Origin: Vulcanimicrobiota bacterium
GTDB lineage: Bacteria; Vulcanimicrobiota; Vulcanimicrobiia; Vulcanimicrobiales; Vulcanimicrobiaceae
DNA length: 64,000 nucleotides
Assembly: GCA_963695225.1 (NCBI GenBank)
Contig: OY968762.1
Span: 1,376,001-1,440,000 of the forward strand
Direction: 5' to 3'
This document shows, one piece after another, positions 41,739 through 51,489 of this stretch; positions within the stretch are counted from its first letter, which is position 1; each line of letters opens with the position of its first letter. The notes beneath the pieces were generated by a model. That model saw nothing but the letters and a program-made list of their open reading frames with translations. It did not search any database and was not told the DNA's origin. Position numbers and translations under genes: made by a program.

Positions 41739-41753
41739 GCATCACCCCAGCTT

Positions 41754-41789
41754 GAAAAGCAAAGAGAGCGAGGCACACCCTCGCTCTCT
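41754..41789 (-). terminator. Intrinsic terminator-like hairpin just upstream of HNH gene
   Basis: 11-bp perfect stem (41763-41773/41779-41789) followed on the minus strand by TTGCTTTTC. Confidence 0.65.
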
Positions 41790-41980
41790 CGACACGCACG
41801 CTCGCTCGCCGGCTGACGACTCAAGAAGTCGGCCGCGTCGCTGGGGCGAATCACCCTCGAATCGCTGTGCGCATCCATTGACGCCGTTACAATATGCGAT
41901 TTGCCTCTCGGTCCCCTTGCGGACGTTCTCAGGCCGCCGGCCGGGACTGGGCCGGGCGCCCCGCCGGGCCGGCTGCGCCT

Positions 41981-42559
41981 TCAGCGCAGGACGAATTCCC
42001 GGAAGAAGTACTCGTGGACCCGGTGATCCCGCGTCAGCTCAGGGTGGAACGCCGTGCCCATGACGTTCCCTTGGCGCACGAAGACGGGGTGGCCGCCGTA
42101 CGACGCGAGGGTTTCGACGCCGGGGCCGGCACGCTCGACCCAGGGGGCGCGGATGAAGACGGCCGGGTAGGGTTTGGGGCCGAGCACCGGAATCGCGAGC
42201 GGGACTTCGGCGGATTCGACTTGACGGCCGAACGCGTTGCGGCGCACCGTGATGTCGATCAGATCGAGCGTCTTCTGTTCGAGGCCCGCGACGTCGCGGG
42301 CCGCCACGATCATGCCCATGCAGGTGCCCCAGAGCGGCATCCCGGCGCGCACGCGGTCCACGATCGGCTCGACGAGCCCGAAACGCTCGAGCAAGCGGAT
42401 GACCGTCGTCGACTCGCCGCCCGGGATCACGAGCGCGTCGACCGCCGCGAGGTCGCGCGCGTTTTTCACGGCGCCCGCGCGGGCGCCGGCCGCCTGCAGC
42501 GCATGGAGATGCTCGACGACGTCCCCTTGGACGGCGAGCACGCCGACGTTCGGTCTCAC
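41981..42559 (-). CDS. pdxT: Pyridoxal 5'-phosphate synthase glutaminase subunit
   Basis: GVLAVQGD, PGGESTT, GTCMG, RNAFGRQ, VFIRAP, FHPE. Confidence 0.96.
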   Translation of the reverse strand: MRPNVGVLAVQGDVVEHLHALQAAGARAGAVKNARDLAAVDALVIPGGESTTVIRLLERFGLVEPIVDRVRAGMPLWGTCMGMIVAARDVAGLEQKTLDLIDITVRRNAFGRQVESAEVPLAIPVLGPKPYPAVFIRAPWVERAGPGVETLASYGGHPVFVRQGNVMGTAFHPELTRDHRVHEYFFREFVLR

Positions 42560-42894
42560 TCCGGCGGCTTTACGCCCGCGTGGCCGCAACGATAATCGAA
42601 GCGATCGATCTTCGTCCCGATCGTGGGCTTGGAGTTCTCGTCGATGCGGTAACGCGTGTTCGAAGCGGCGGCGCGGAGCGCGCCGTCGACCCAATCGATG
42701 CGGCCGGAGCGCTCGTCGAAGCGGTAGCGGCCACGGGCGGTTCCGGCCGCGTACGTGCCGTTCGCGAGCAGCACGAACGTCCGCACGGGCGCGCTCGCGC
42801 TCTCGGCGCGCGCCGTGCACTGCCACTTTCCGAGCAATCGTTCGTCGGGCGGCGCGGCGAGCGCGGCCGCCACGAACGCGGCGGCGAGGATCAT
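42556..42894 (-). CDS. Small secreted hypothetical protein inserted between pdxS and pdxT
   Basis: Signal-like N-terminus, LLGKWQC...C; GTGA coupling to pdxT. Confidence 0.65.
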   Translation of the reverse strand: MILAAAFVAAALAAPPDERLLGKWQCTARAESASAPVRTFVLLANGTYAAGTARGRYRFDERSGRIDWVDGALRAAASNTRYRIDENSKPTIGTKIDRFDYRCGHAGVKPPE

Positions 42895-42903
42895 CGGCTC
42901 GCG

Positions 42904-43809
42904 CTAGATCCCGCGGGAGGAGAGCATCTCGTTCTCCTGGAGTTTGCGCAGGTCGAGCCCTTCCATCGCCGTCCCGGCGAGCGCCTTGTGCGCCGCGACG
43001 ACGACGGCCGCGTCTTCGTAATGCGTCGCCGCGTCGACGATCGCTTTCGCGAACGCCGCGGGATTCGACGATTTGAAGATCCCGCTTCCGACGAACAGCC
43101 CCTCCGCGCCGAGTTGCATCATCAGCGCGGCGTCGGCCGGCGTCGAGATGCCTCCGGCGCAGAACAGCACGACCGGCAGCTTCTTGGCCTTGGCGACTTC
43201 GCGGACGAGCTCGTACGGCGCGCCCAGATCGCGCGCACGCACCACGAGCTCCTCTTCGGGAACGGCCGCGAGCTCGTTGATGCCGTCCCGGATCGCGCGC
43301 ATATGGCGCACGGCCTCGACGATGTTTCCGCTCCCGGCTTCGCCCTTGCTGCGGATCATCGCCGAGCCCTCGGCGATGCGGCGCAACGCCTCGCCGAGAT
43401 CGCGCGCTCCGTTGACGAACGGGACGCGGTACTCGTTCTTGTTGATATGGTACTTGTCGTCGGCGGGCGTGAGGACTTCGGATTCGTCGATGAAATCGAC
43501 CCCGAGCTCTTCCAGGCAACGCGCCTCGCCGATGTGCCCGATGCGCACCTTCGCCATCACGGGGATCGTGACGGCGTCCATGATCCTTTGCACGAGCGCG
43601 AGGTCGCTCATTCGCGCCACGCCGCCCATCGCGCGAATGTCGGCCGGGATGCGTTCGAGCGCCATCACGGCGACCGCCCCGGCCTCTTGCGCGATGAGCG
43701 CCTGCTCCGGCGTGACGACGTCCATGATGACGCCGCCCTTGAGCATCTGAGCGAGCCCACGCTTGACCTTGACCGTCCCCTTCGAAGGAGCCTTTTCGTT
43801 CCCGTTCAC
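42904..43809 (-). CDS. pdxS: Pyridoxal 5'-phosphate synthase lyase subunit
   Basis: [57 protein letters not shown]. Confidence 0.97.
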   Translation of the reverse strand: MNGNEKAPSKGTVKVKRGLAQMLKGGVIMDVVTPEQALIAQEAGAVAVMALERIPADIRAMGGVARMSDLALVQRIMDAVTIPVMAKVRIGHIGEARCLEELGVDFIDESEVLTPADDKYHINKNEYRVPFVNGARDLGEALRRIAEGSAMIRSKGEAGSGNIVEAVRHMRAIRDGINELAAVPEEELVVRARDLGAPYELVREVAKAKKLPVVLFCAGGISTPADAALMMQLGAEGLFVGSGIFKSSNPAAFAKAIVDAATHYEDAAVVVAAHKALAGTAMEGLDLRKLQENEMLSSRGI

Positions 43810-43873
43810 CGAGCAAACCCTCCAGTGTTCCTATCGTATGCTTTCGGCTCAATAGGTACAATAGGAACACTTA

Positions 43874-44290
43874 TCAAGGGCCGCGCTCCGTGTGGCTCGC
43901 CGACTCGACCGCCTCGGGACCGGGGTACGGCGTATCCGCGACCGGCGAGGGAGGCCGCGGGGGCGGGGTATGCAGCCTCGGCGTCGGCTTGGGAACCGGG
44001 CGTGCGGTCGGCTCGGGCGTCGGCTCGGGGGTCACGCGCGGATCGGGGAAGGCCGGATCCGTCGCCACGCTCATCACCTGGACTTTCTTCCAGTTGACCT
44101 CGTCGTTCACGGCTCGCGTGCCGGCAGCCGGGACCGGCGTAACCATCACGTTTTGGGAAAAGCCGCCGTTACTGCCCGCGACTTGGCTGAGGACACGGTT
44201 GCCCATTGAATTGCCGATACCGATCGCGATCAATAATACGCCGCCACCGAGCACGAGCAGCCCCGACAAACCGATGCGAGGGGAAGCCAC
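43874..44290 (-). CDS. Hypothetical membrane-anchored Pro-rich protein
   Basis: N-terminal TM, ATDPAFPDPRVTP, PT-rich tail. Confidence 0.65.
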   Translation of the reverse strand: MASPRIGLSGLLVLGGGVLLIAIGIGNSMGNRVLSQVAGSNGGFSQNVMVTPVPAAGTRAVNDEVNWKKVQVMSVATDPAFPDPRVTPEPTPEPTARPVPKPTPRLHTPPPRPPSPVADTPYPGPEAVESASHTERGP

Positions 44291-44383
44291 AACCTGACCC
44301 TATCGAGCAGCGACGCGCGCAGCCCTCCTTCCGCAACGCGAAACGGAAGGGGTCGGCCTGCGCGCGAGCGCACCGTAGCGCGA

Positions 44384-45244
44384 ATGCCCTCCGTTCGAGC
44401 CCCCGCGAAGCTGAACCTGACGCTCGAGATCCTCGGGCGCCGCGCCGACGGATACCACACGTTGCGCAGCGTGATGGTCCCGATCGGCTTGTACGACCGG
44501 CTCTCGTTCGAGCCCGCACCCGCGGCACGTTTCGAGTGCACGCCGCCGTCCCTCGCCAAGGACAATCTCGTCGTGCGCGCGCTCGAACGCGCCGGCGCCG
44601 GGCCGCTGCACGCGAAGCTGGAAAAGCACATCCCCGTCGGCGGCGGGCTCGGCGGCGGCTCGAGCGACGCGGCGGCGACGTTGATGCTCGCGGCGAGCGG
44701 CGCGCTCGGCCCAGTCACCGCGCAGGATTGGGTCGCAACCGCAGCCTCGCTCGGCTCCGACGTTCCGTTCTTCCTGTGCGGTACCGGCGCGCTCGTGGAA
44801 GGCGCCGGCGAACGCGTCACGGCGATCGGGAAGCTCCCGCGCTGGTGGTGTCTGCTCGCCCGTCCGCCGGCGGCCGTAAATACTGCAGACGCGTACCGGC
44901 TCTTCGACTCTTCCCGTTCCGCGGACGCGTCCAGCCGCCCCCGTGCGAACAGCGTCTCGCTCGCGGCCGTCGACGCCCTGCAGCGGCGCGATTTCGACGC
45001 GTTGCACGCGTCGCTCTCGAACGATTTCCACGACGTCATCCTCTCCGCGTATCCCGCGATCGCGCACGCGCACGGCGCGCTTCGCGACGCGGGAGCGCCG
45101 AAAGTGCTGCTCAGCGGCTCCGGTTCGTGCCTCTTCGCGCTTTTCGAGAGCGAGTTCGCGGCGCGTTCCGTGGCGGACCGCTGCGCTCCCGGAGCGGGCG
45201 AGATCTCCGTCGTCCCGCTGGTCAGCGACGAGCGCTGGCGGTGA
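44384..45244 (+). CDS. ispE: 4-diphosphocytidyl-2C-methyl-D-erythritol kinase
   Basis: APAKLNLTL, DGYH, KHIPVGGGLGGGSSDAA, LGSDVPFF, SGSGS. Confidence 0.96.
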   Translation: MPSVRAPAKLNLTLEILGRRADGYHTLRSVMVPIGLYDRLSFEPAPAARFECTPPSLAKDNLVVRALERAGAGPLHAKLEKHIPVGGGLGGGSSDAAATLMLAASGALGPVTAQDWVATAASLGSDVPFFLCGTGALVEGAGERVTAIGKLPRWWCLLARPPAAVNTADAYRLFDSSRSADASSRPRANSVSLAAVDALQRRDFDALHASLSNDFHDVILSAYPAIAHAHGALRDAGAPKVLLSGSGSCLFALFESEFAARSVADRCAPGAGEISVVPLVSDERWR

Positions 45245-46017
45245 ACGCGGTCGTCCTCGCCGGGGGTGGTCGCGACGAAGTGAGCGCGCAGACGGCGGGC
45301 GCCGCGAATAAGGCGTTCGTGCCGATCCTGGGCCGCACGCTCGTCGAACGGACGCTCGCCGCGTTGCGCGACGTCCCCGCGATCGAACGCATCGTCGTCG
45401 TCGCGCCGCGCGAAACGCACGGGGAGCCGGCGCTCGCGCTCGCCGACGAATGCCGCCTCGACGGCAAGCGGATCGGCGACAGCTTGCGCTTCGGCCTCGC
45501 GGGCGCGCCTCCCGACGACTTGCTGCTAGTCGCGGCTTCGGATCTCCCGATCCTCACCCGCGCCTCGCTCGAAGAATTCATCGCGCTCGCGCGGGCGCGC
45601 GACGCCGACCTGTCCTACGCGTGCCTGGGGAAAGCGGCGCACGTCGCGCGCTTCCCGGAGGCGCCGCACACCTGGGCGAAGCTGCGCGAAGGGCAGTTCT
45701 GCGGCGGCGGCGTCGTCGCGCTGCGTCCCCGCATCCTCCGGAGCCTCGAGCTGTTCATCGAGCGCCTCGGCGCCGCGCGGAAGAATCCGCTCGCGCTCGC
45801 TTCGATCTTCGGATACGACACGCTGGCGCAGTACGCGCTCGGACGCCTCTCGATCCGCACTGCCGAAAAGCGCGCGAGCATGCTGCTCGGGGCGCCCGTC
45901 GCCGCGGTGGTGTGCACGCACGCGGAGATCGCGTTCAACGTCGATCGCGCGAGCGACGTCGCCCTCGCCGAGAGGTACGCCGCCCGAATGCAGCGCGCCG
46001 CGCGCAGCGATGGGTAG
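45241..46017 (+). CDS. MobA-like nucleotidyltransferase family protein
   Basis: AVVLAGG, NKAFVPI, AASDLP, NVD; GTGA coupling to ispE. Confidence 0.85.
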   Translation: MNAVVLAGGGRDEVSAQTAGAANKAFVPILGRTLVERTLAALRDVPAIERIVVVAPRETHGEPALALADECRLDGKRIGDSLRFGLAGAPPDDLLLVAASDLPILTRASLEEFIALARARDADLSYACLGKAAHVARFPEAPHTWAKLREGQFCGGGVVALRPRILRSLELFIERLGAARKNPLALASIFGYDTLAQYALGRLSIRTAEKRASMLLGAPVAAVVCTHAEIAFNVDRASDVALAERYAARMQRAARSDG

Positions 46018-46624
46018 GCGAACGCCCCGGCTCGCGCTCCGCTCGCTCCTGCTCGGTGCGCTGCTCGCGAGCGCCCCCGCGGCGCCCCCGGCCTTCGCGG
46101 CGGGTTCGCCGCTCGTCCTCGATACGGCCCACTCGAGCGCCCGGTTCTCCGTCCAGCACCTCGTCCTCACGAGCGTAACGGGGACGATCAAGATCGCGTC
46201 GGTCGAGCTGACGACGCAAGCCGGGTCGCCGATTCCGAGTGCGGTGAACGCGACGCTCGACGCGGCCACGATCGATACGCAGGAGCCGCAACGCGACAAG
46301 GCCTTGAACGGGTCAGACTGGCTCGACACCGCCGCCTATCCGACGATCGCTTTCGAGAGCACGAAGATCGCCGGCAAGGATCCCAATCACTTCACGATCC
46401 AAGGACGGCTGACGCTGCACGGCGTGACGAAACCCACCGTGCTCGAAGCCCGCTACACCGGCGCGGTCGCCGACGCGAGCGGACGGCAGCACGTCGGCTA
46501 CGCCGCGACGGGGAAGATCGACCGGCGCGACTTCAACCTGAATTGGTCGCGCATCATGCCGGCGGGGGACCCGATCGTCGGGAACGACGTGACGCTCGAC
46601 CTCGAGCTCGAGTTCGTTCGCTGA
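46010..46624 (+). CDS. YceI-family polyisoprenoid-binding protein
   Basis: Signal peptide, DTAHSSARFSVQH, RD..L...DWLD...YP, GRLTLHGVTK, IDRRDF. Confidence 0.92.
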   Translation: MGRRTPRLALRSLLLGALLASAPAAPPAFAAGSPLVLDTAHSSARFSVQHLVLTSVTGTIKIASVELTTQAGSPIPSAVNATLDAATIDTQEPQRDKALNGSDWLDTAAYPTIAFESTKIAGKDPNHFTIQGRLTLHGVTKPTVLEARYTGAVADASGRQHVGYAATGKIDRRDFNLNWSRIMPAGDPIVGNDVTLDLELEFVR

Positions 46625-46627
46625 GGG

Positions 46628-47185
46628 TTACTTCCAGCGCGTGAAGAGATCGTTCGGGATTCCGAACTGGTCGAGCGCCTTCCCGACCGTGTGCGCGATG
46701 ACGTCGTCGACGGTTTTCGGGCGCGCGTACATCCCCGGTATCGGCGGCAAGATGACGGCTCCGGTTTCGGCGAGTTGCGTAAGCGTCCGCAGGTGCCCGA
46801 GGTGCAGCGGCGTCTCGCGCACGACGAGCACGAGCGTGCGCCGTTCCTTGAGGCAGACGTCGGCCGCCCGGACGAGCAGGTTCGCATTGAACGAATTCGC
46901 GATCGCGGCGGCGCTCTTCATCGAGCACGGGATGACGAGCATCCCGTCGGTGCGGAACGAGCCGCTCGAGATCGCGGCGGCGAGATCCTCGTCGCGATAC
47001 GTCACGTCGGCGAGCGCTTCGAAATCCGCAGCCGTCAGATCGGTCTCCAGCTCGATCGTGCGGCGCGCTTGGGCGCTCACGACGAGGTGGGTTTCGACGT
47101 CGCCGGCGGCGCGCAGCGCGCGGAGCGCCGCGAACGCGTAAAGGCTCCCGCTCGCGCCGGAGACGCCGACGATGATCTTGCGCAT
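46628..47185 (-). CDS. ubiX: Flavin prenyltransferase
   Basis: IIVGVSGASG, ISSGS, PCSMKS, RAADVCLKERR, RETP. Confidence 0.95.
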   Translation of the reverse strand: MRKIIVGVSGASGSLYAFAALRALRAAGDVETHLVVSAQARRTIELETDLTAADFEALADVTYRDEDLAAAISSGSFRTDGMLVIPCSMKSAAAIANSFNANLLVRAADVCLKERRTLVLVVRETPLHLGHLRTLTQLAETGAVILPPIPGMYARPKTVDDVIAHTVGKALDQFGIPNDLFTRWK

Positions 47186-47294
47186 GAGGACTCCTTCCGC
47201 GGGTTCGACGCCGCCCCCGCCCGTTCGTGCTCCGCCGCCGCGCGACGGAAGGACCTCCGAGGTTCGCGCGAGGCGAAGCGCGCAGTACTGCGCG

Positions 47295-48719
47295 ATGCCC
47301 TCGTTCTCCGCGCGCTTGGCCGACTTTCTCGCGACCGCGATCCGTTACGCCGCGCACGCTCGCGAGGAAGAGCCCGAGCGGCTCCTCTGCTCGCCGTTTT
47401 CCGGAATCGGGCGCCCCGACGCGCGCGCGCTCGCGGTGGCGGCGCACCGCCGGGGTCGCTTCGTCGAGGCGCTGGCGGCGGAACTCGTCCCGCTCGGCTC
47501 CGAAGCGCGGCGCGCGCTGGCGCGCTTCTGCGCCGGACTCTCGCGGAGCGTAGCGGACTTTCGCGCGCAGGGTTCCACCCGCCGCGAGTTGCTGGCAGTG
47601 ATCGCGCTCGCGTTCGAACTCGACGCCGGCCTCGACGAAAGCGAGCGCGCGACCCTGCGCGAAGTCGAGGCGCTCGCCGCCGCTCTCGACGCGGCGCAGG
47701 AGGCCGCGGCCGCCTGGGATCCCGACGCGTTCGCCGGCGCGATCGAGGCGCTCGCCGCCGCCCGCGCCGGCGCCGCGGACGTTCCGGCGCCGCATCCGCT
47801 CCCCGCGCTCGAGCCCGAGCGGCGCGCCCCCGTCCCGCGGCGGCGCGGGCACTTCAGCGCGTCGTCGCTCGGCATATACGCGGAATGCCCGCGCAAATGG
47901 TATTACCGCTACGTCTGCGCCTGTGTCGAAGACCCGGGTTCGTCGGCCTCGTATTACGGGACGGCGTTCCACTTCGCGCTCGAGAACTTTCACAAGACCT
48001 ATGCACGCGGCGACGCGGCGCCCGCCCGGACGCTGGAGGCGGCGCTCGACGGCTGGATCGGGACGGCGTTCGAGCGCTATCGCATCGGTTTCGAGACGAA
48101 CGTCGAGTTCGAATTGCAACTCCGCCGGGCGCGCCGCACCGCGAAGCGCTACCTCGCATGGTTCCTCGAACGATCTCGCGCGCGCCCGTTCACGGTGATC
48201 GGAACCGAAGCCGCGGCAAGCTTGAAGCTCGACGGCTACGACTTCATCGGCTACATCGACCGGCTCGACCGCGACGACGCGACGGGCGCGGTCAGCGTGA
48301 TCGATTACAAGACGGGTTCCATCGCCACGAGCGCCGCCGAGTATCGCGCCGCCGTCGCGGACTACGTCGATTTCCAGCTGCCGTTCTACTACTGGGCGCG
48401 CACCGCGGCGGGCGACCGCGTCACGCGCCTCGCGCTCGTCCCGCTCAAGGACGCGCTGCTCGACGTCGTCCCCATCGAACTCGAAGTGGTCCCGGTCGCT
48501 CGCGCGCCGCTCCGGCGCGACTTTGGACCCGTCGGAACCATCGGGATCGACGAACTCGAGCGAGCGCGCACCCGCATGATCGAACTCGCCCGGACGCTCT
48601 CCGACGATCCGATCGAACGCTTCCCGGCCGCGGACGACTGCGAGGCCTGCACGTATTGCGCCTACCGCAACGCCTGCCGCGAGCGCCCGCTCGTCCACGA
48701 AGAGCGGTTCGGCCGGTGA
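47295..48719 (+). CDS. PD-(D/E)XK nuclease, RecB/AddB family, with predicted 4Fe-4S cluster; start uncertain
   Basis: FSASSL...ECPRKWYY, GTAFHFALE, GYIDRLD, VIDYKTG, QLPFY, terminal CxxCxxxxxC. Confidence 0.85.
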   Translation: MPSFSARLADFLATAIRYAAHAREEEPERLLCSPFSGIGRPDARALAVAAHRRGRFVEALAAELVPLGSEARRALARFCAGLSRSVADFRAQGSTRRELLAVIALAFELDAGLDESERATLREVEALAAALDAAQEAAAAWDPDAFAGAIEALAAARAGAADVPAPHPLPALEPERRAPVPRRRGHFSASSLGIYAECPRKWYYRYVCACVEDPGSSASYYGTAFHFALENFHKTYARGDAAPARTLEAALDGWIGTAFERYRIGFETNVEFELQLRRARRTAKRYLAWFLERSRARPFTVIGTEAAASLKLDGYDFIGYIDRLDRDDATGAVSVIDYKTGSIATSAAEYRAAVADYVDFQLPFYYWARTAAGDRVTRLALVPLKDALLDVVPIELEVVPVARAPLRRDFGPVGTIGIDELERARTRMIELARTLSDDPIERFPAADDCEACTYCAYRNACRERPLVHEERFGR

Positions 48720-50932
48720 ACCTGCTCGCGCCGGGGCTCGACCCCGAACAGCAGGCCGCGATCGAGCGCCCCTTCGAAGGGCCCGCGTTCGCGATCACGG
48801 GCGCGCCCGGGACCGGGAAGACGTTCGCGCTCGTCCTGCGCGCGGAGCGCGCCGCGGCGGCGGGCGCGGCGCTCCTGACCGCGCCGACCGCGCACGCGCT
48901 CGCCGCGTTGCGAGCCGCGCGCGCCGAACGGGACCGGCCCGCGGGCCTCGCGGTGCGGGCGTTGCCGGACGTGGCGTTCGAGATCCTCGCCGCCGCGGGG
49001 CGGGACGTGCGCCGCATCGACGACGTGGAGGGAGCGCGCCGCTTCGCCGCGGTGGCCGCCGGCCTCTTCTCGCTCGACTGGCTGGAATTCACCCCCACGC
49101 TCGACGAGCAGGGCGCGGGCATCGATCCCGAGATCACGGGTTTGCGCGCTCCTGAACGCTTCTGCGCCGCCGCGTACCGGCTCGTCCGCAAGCTGCGAGG
49201 CGCGGGCATCGCGCCGGCCGATTTCCGGCGCGACGCGTTCCGCGGCGCGACGCAATTCTACGGCGGCGGCGCGCGCCTCGCCGACCCGGCGCTGATCGTC
49301 GACACGCCGGAGAAATACCGTGATTCGCTCGTCGTCGACGCGCGCGAGCTCGCACGGCAGCACTCCCGCGAAATCGACTTGATCAAGATCCTCGCGAAAC
49401 TGTACGAGGCGTATCTCGCCGATCTCGCCGAAGCCGGCGTCGCGACGGAGGGCGAGGCGCTCGCCGCCGCCGCGGAGGTGCTCGCGCACGATGCGCGCGC
49501 GCGCGCGCGCGCCGCGCGGGTCGGCCCCGTCAACATCGACCAAGCGGAGGACCTCGACGCCGCGGCGTGGGCCTTCGCTTGCGCGCTGCGCGCCCCGGAC
49601 GGCGCGGGGCTCACGCTCGCCGGCGATCCGGATCAAGCGACGCGCACGTTCGCGGGCGCGTGCGGCGCGTCCGTGCTCGCCAAGCTGCCGCGCATCGAGC
49701 TGACGCGGCCGCACGGGCGAGACCCCGCGCTCGTCGCGGCGGCGCGCCGGGCGCTCGCGACGGGAGGCGCACAAGCGGCCTCGGCCGCGCTCGAGTTCCT
49801 CCCGCGGCAAGAGCACAAGCGCGACGAGGCTCGCGAAGTCGCCCGCCGCGTGGCGGCGCTGCTCGCAGAAGGCGTTGCGCCCTCCGAGATCGCGATCGTC
49901 ACGCGCACGCTGCGCACGGCGGACCCGTACCTGCGCGCGCTCTTGGCGCGCGACGTCCCCGTCGAAATGCACGGCGACGCCGATCTGTACGAGTTGCCCG
50001 TCGTGGGGGACGCACTCGCCGTCCTCTGGGCGCTCGCCGATCCGTTCCGCCACGATTGGCTGCTGCGCAATCTCGAAGCGCCGTGGTTGAACCTGAGCGA
50101 TGCGACGATCGCGCTGCTCTGCGCCGAACCGAGCGACCCGCAGCGCCTGCTCTTCGCCGTCCCGGAGAGCGACGAAGAGACGGGGCGAAATCGCTGGGAT
50201 CGCAACCGCGATCTCCGGCTGGGGCGCAACGTCATGCGCGGGGACCGCGATAACGAACTTCCCGAGGTCGCGCGCGAACGGCTCGTCGCATTTCGCGCGG
50301 CGCTGGCCCGATACGAGCGGCTCGAACGGACGGCGAGCCTCGCGGCGCTCGCGCGCTGCATGCTGGAGGATACGGTCCTCGCCGCCGCCGGGAGCGGCGC
50401 TTCGGCCCGTTTCGCGCGGGCCGCATGCGAACGTTTGCTCGGCCGCGTCGGACGCTTTGCGGCGGAGCATCCGCTCGCGAGCCTGTGGGATTTCCTGCGC
50501 GCCGCGGAATCGGAGCGCGAGGCCGACGGCGAGTTGATCGAACTCGAAGCGGGGAGCTTCGATCCCGCCCCCACCGTCAGCTTGTGCAGCGTCGACGCCG
50601 CGAAGGGGCGCACGTTCGCGCACGTCTTCGTCGTCGATCTGCGCGCGGGTGCGTTCCCGCGCTATTACGTCCCCGATGCGTTCCTGTACACGCCGCGCTT
50701 CGGCATCGTGCCGAAAGAGAACGTCGGGGACGCGAAGGCCGCGCGGACGGCGAAGTTCACGTACGTCCTCTCGAAGATCGCCGCCCGCGAGAATTACAAC
50801 AAACAAGAGCGCCGCGCGCTCTACGCGGCCGCCTCGCGCGCCCGCGAGCGCCTGACGCTGAGCGCTTCCGGCCGGCCGACGCGCGGCATCTCCGCTCCCG
50901 AATTCTACGAGGAGCTCCGTCCGCGCGCGTAG
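48716..50932 (+). CDS. UvrD/Rep (SF1A) helicase-like protein, divergent
   Basis: GAPGTGKT, IDQAED, AGDPDQA, IAIVTR, AAKGRTF, ERRALYAAASRARERL; GTGA coupling to the nuclease gene. Confidence 0.85.
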   Translation: MNLLAPGLDPEQQAAIERPFEGPAFAITGAPGTGKTFALVLRAERAAAAGAALLTAPTAHALAALRAARAERDRPAGLAVRALPDVAFEILAAAGRDVRRIDDVEGARRFAAVAAGLFSLDWLEFTPTLDEQGAGIDPEITGLRAPERFCAAAYRLVRKLRGAGIAPADFRRDAFRGATQFYGGGARLADPALIVDTPEKYRDSLVVDARELARQHSREIDLIKILAKLYEAYLADLAEAGVATEGEALAAAAEVLAHDARARARAARVGPVNIDQAEDLDAAAWAFACALRAPDGAGLTLAGDPDQATRTFAGACGASVLAKLPRIELTRPHGRDPALVAAARRALATGGAQAASAALEFLPRQEHKRDEAREVARRVAALLAEGVAPSEIAIVTRTLRTADPYLRALLARDVPVEMHGDADLYELPVVGDALAVLWALADPFRHDWLLRNLEAPWLNLSDATIALLCAEPSDPQRLLFAVPESDEETGRNRWDRNRDLRLGRNVMRGDRDNELPEVARERLVAFRAALARYERLERTASLAALARCMLEDTVLAAAGSGASARFARAACERLLGRVGRFAAEHPLASLWDFLRAAESEREADGELIELEAGSFDPAPTVSLCSVDAAKGRTFAHVFVVDLRAGAFPRYYVPDAFLYTPRFGIVPKENVGDAKAARTAKFTYVLSKIAARENYNKQERRALYAAASRARERLTLSASGRPTRGISAPEFYEELRPRA

Positions 50933-50947
50933 CCCGGCTCCGCGCCG

Positions 50948-51283
50948 TTATTCGCGCCCGAAGGAGCGAAGGTACTGCAGCCGGCCGGGCGGGAGCAGAT
51001 CGATCTCGTCGGCCTCGAACGTGCCGTCCCGGTTGTCGTGGCCGACGACGCGGACAGGCATCCCGTTGGCGAGCGTGAGCCCCGTCGGCCGGATCACGGT
51101 GCCGTTGTGGAGCGACATGTGCGGACCCCGATCGAGTTGCAGGTTATACGGCTGGAAGTTGACGACGCGGCCGAGCCGCTCGTACTCGTGAGCGTTGTAG
51201 TAGGGCAGCTCCGCGCCGGCGATGCGCGGGATGCAAAAGGCGGCGGCGGCGGCGAGGATGGGAAGGACGTTGCGTGCGTTCAT
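50948..51283 (-). CDS. Small secreted hypothetical protein (DUF5666/OB-like)
   Basis: RBS GAGG, signal peptide, GTVIRPTGLTLANGMPVRVVG..FEADEI. Confidence 0.7.
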   Translation of the reverse strand: MNARNVLPILAAAAAFCIPRIAGAELPYYNAHEYERLGRVVNFQPYNLQLDRGPHMSLHNGTVIRPTGLTLANGMPVRVVGHDNRDGTFEADEIDLLPPGRLQYLRSFGRE

Positions 51284-51489
51284 GGCGGCCTCTCGGTTGG
51301 TTCGGGTGGGGATCGATGATGGTTATAACGCAGCCGGGCGCGCGTTCGCGCCTTTCAACGAAATTTCTCACCCGGCTCTCAGATTCGGCCGGGCGGAAGG
51401 CGCGGACCGCAAACCCCGAAACTACGGGCTGCGGCGCCGGGTCACGTAATCACACGCCCCCCATTCGATCGTCTTGCGGGTGAGGAATC

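Noticed and set aside
43874..43890. C-terminal RGP-stop of the Pro-rich protein upstream of pdxS as an arrest motif
   Set aside because: It lacks the second Pro, and there is no other support.
47295..48719. Cas4 / CRISPR adaptation gene
   Set aside because: It shares the Fe-S RecB fold but is much longer, coupled to a helicase-like gene, and has no cas1, cas2 or array nearby.
46691..50932. Single 1413-aa helicase ORF as listed in the ORF track
   Set aside because: The first ~675 codons are an Arg-rich shadow overlapping ubiX and the nuclease gene; the real start is GTG 48716.
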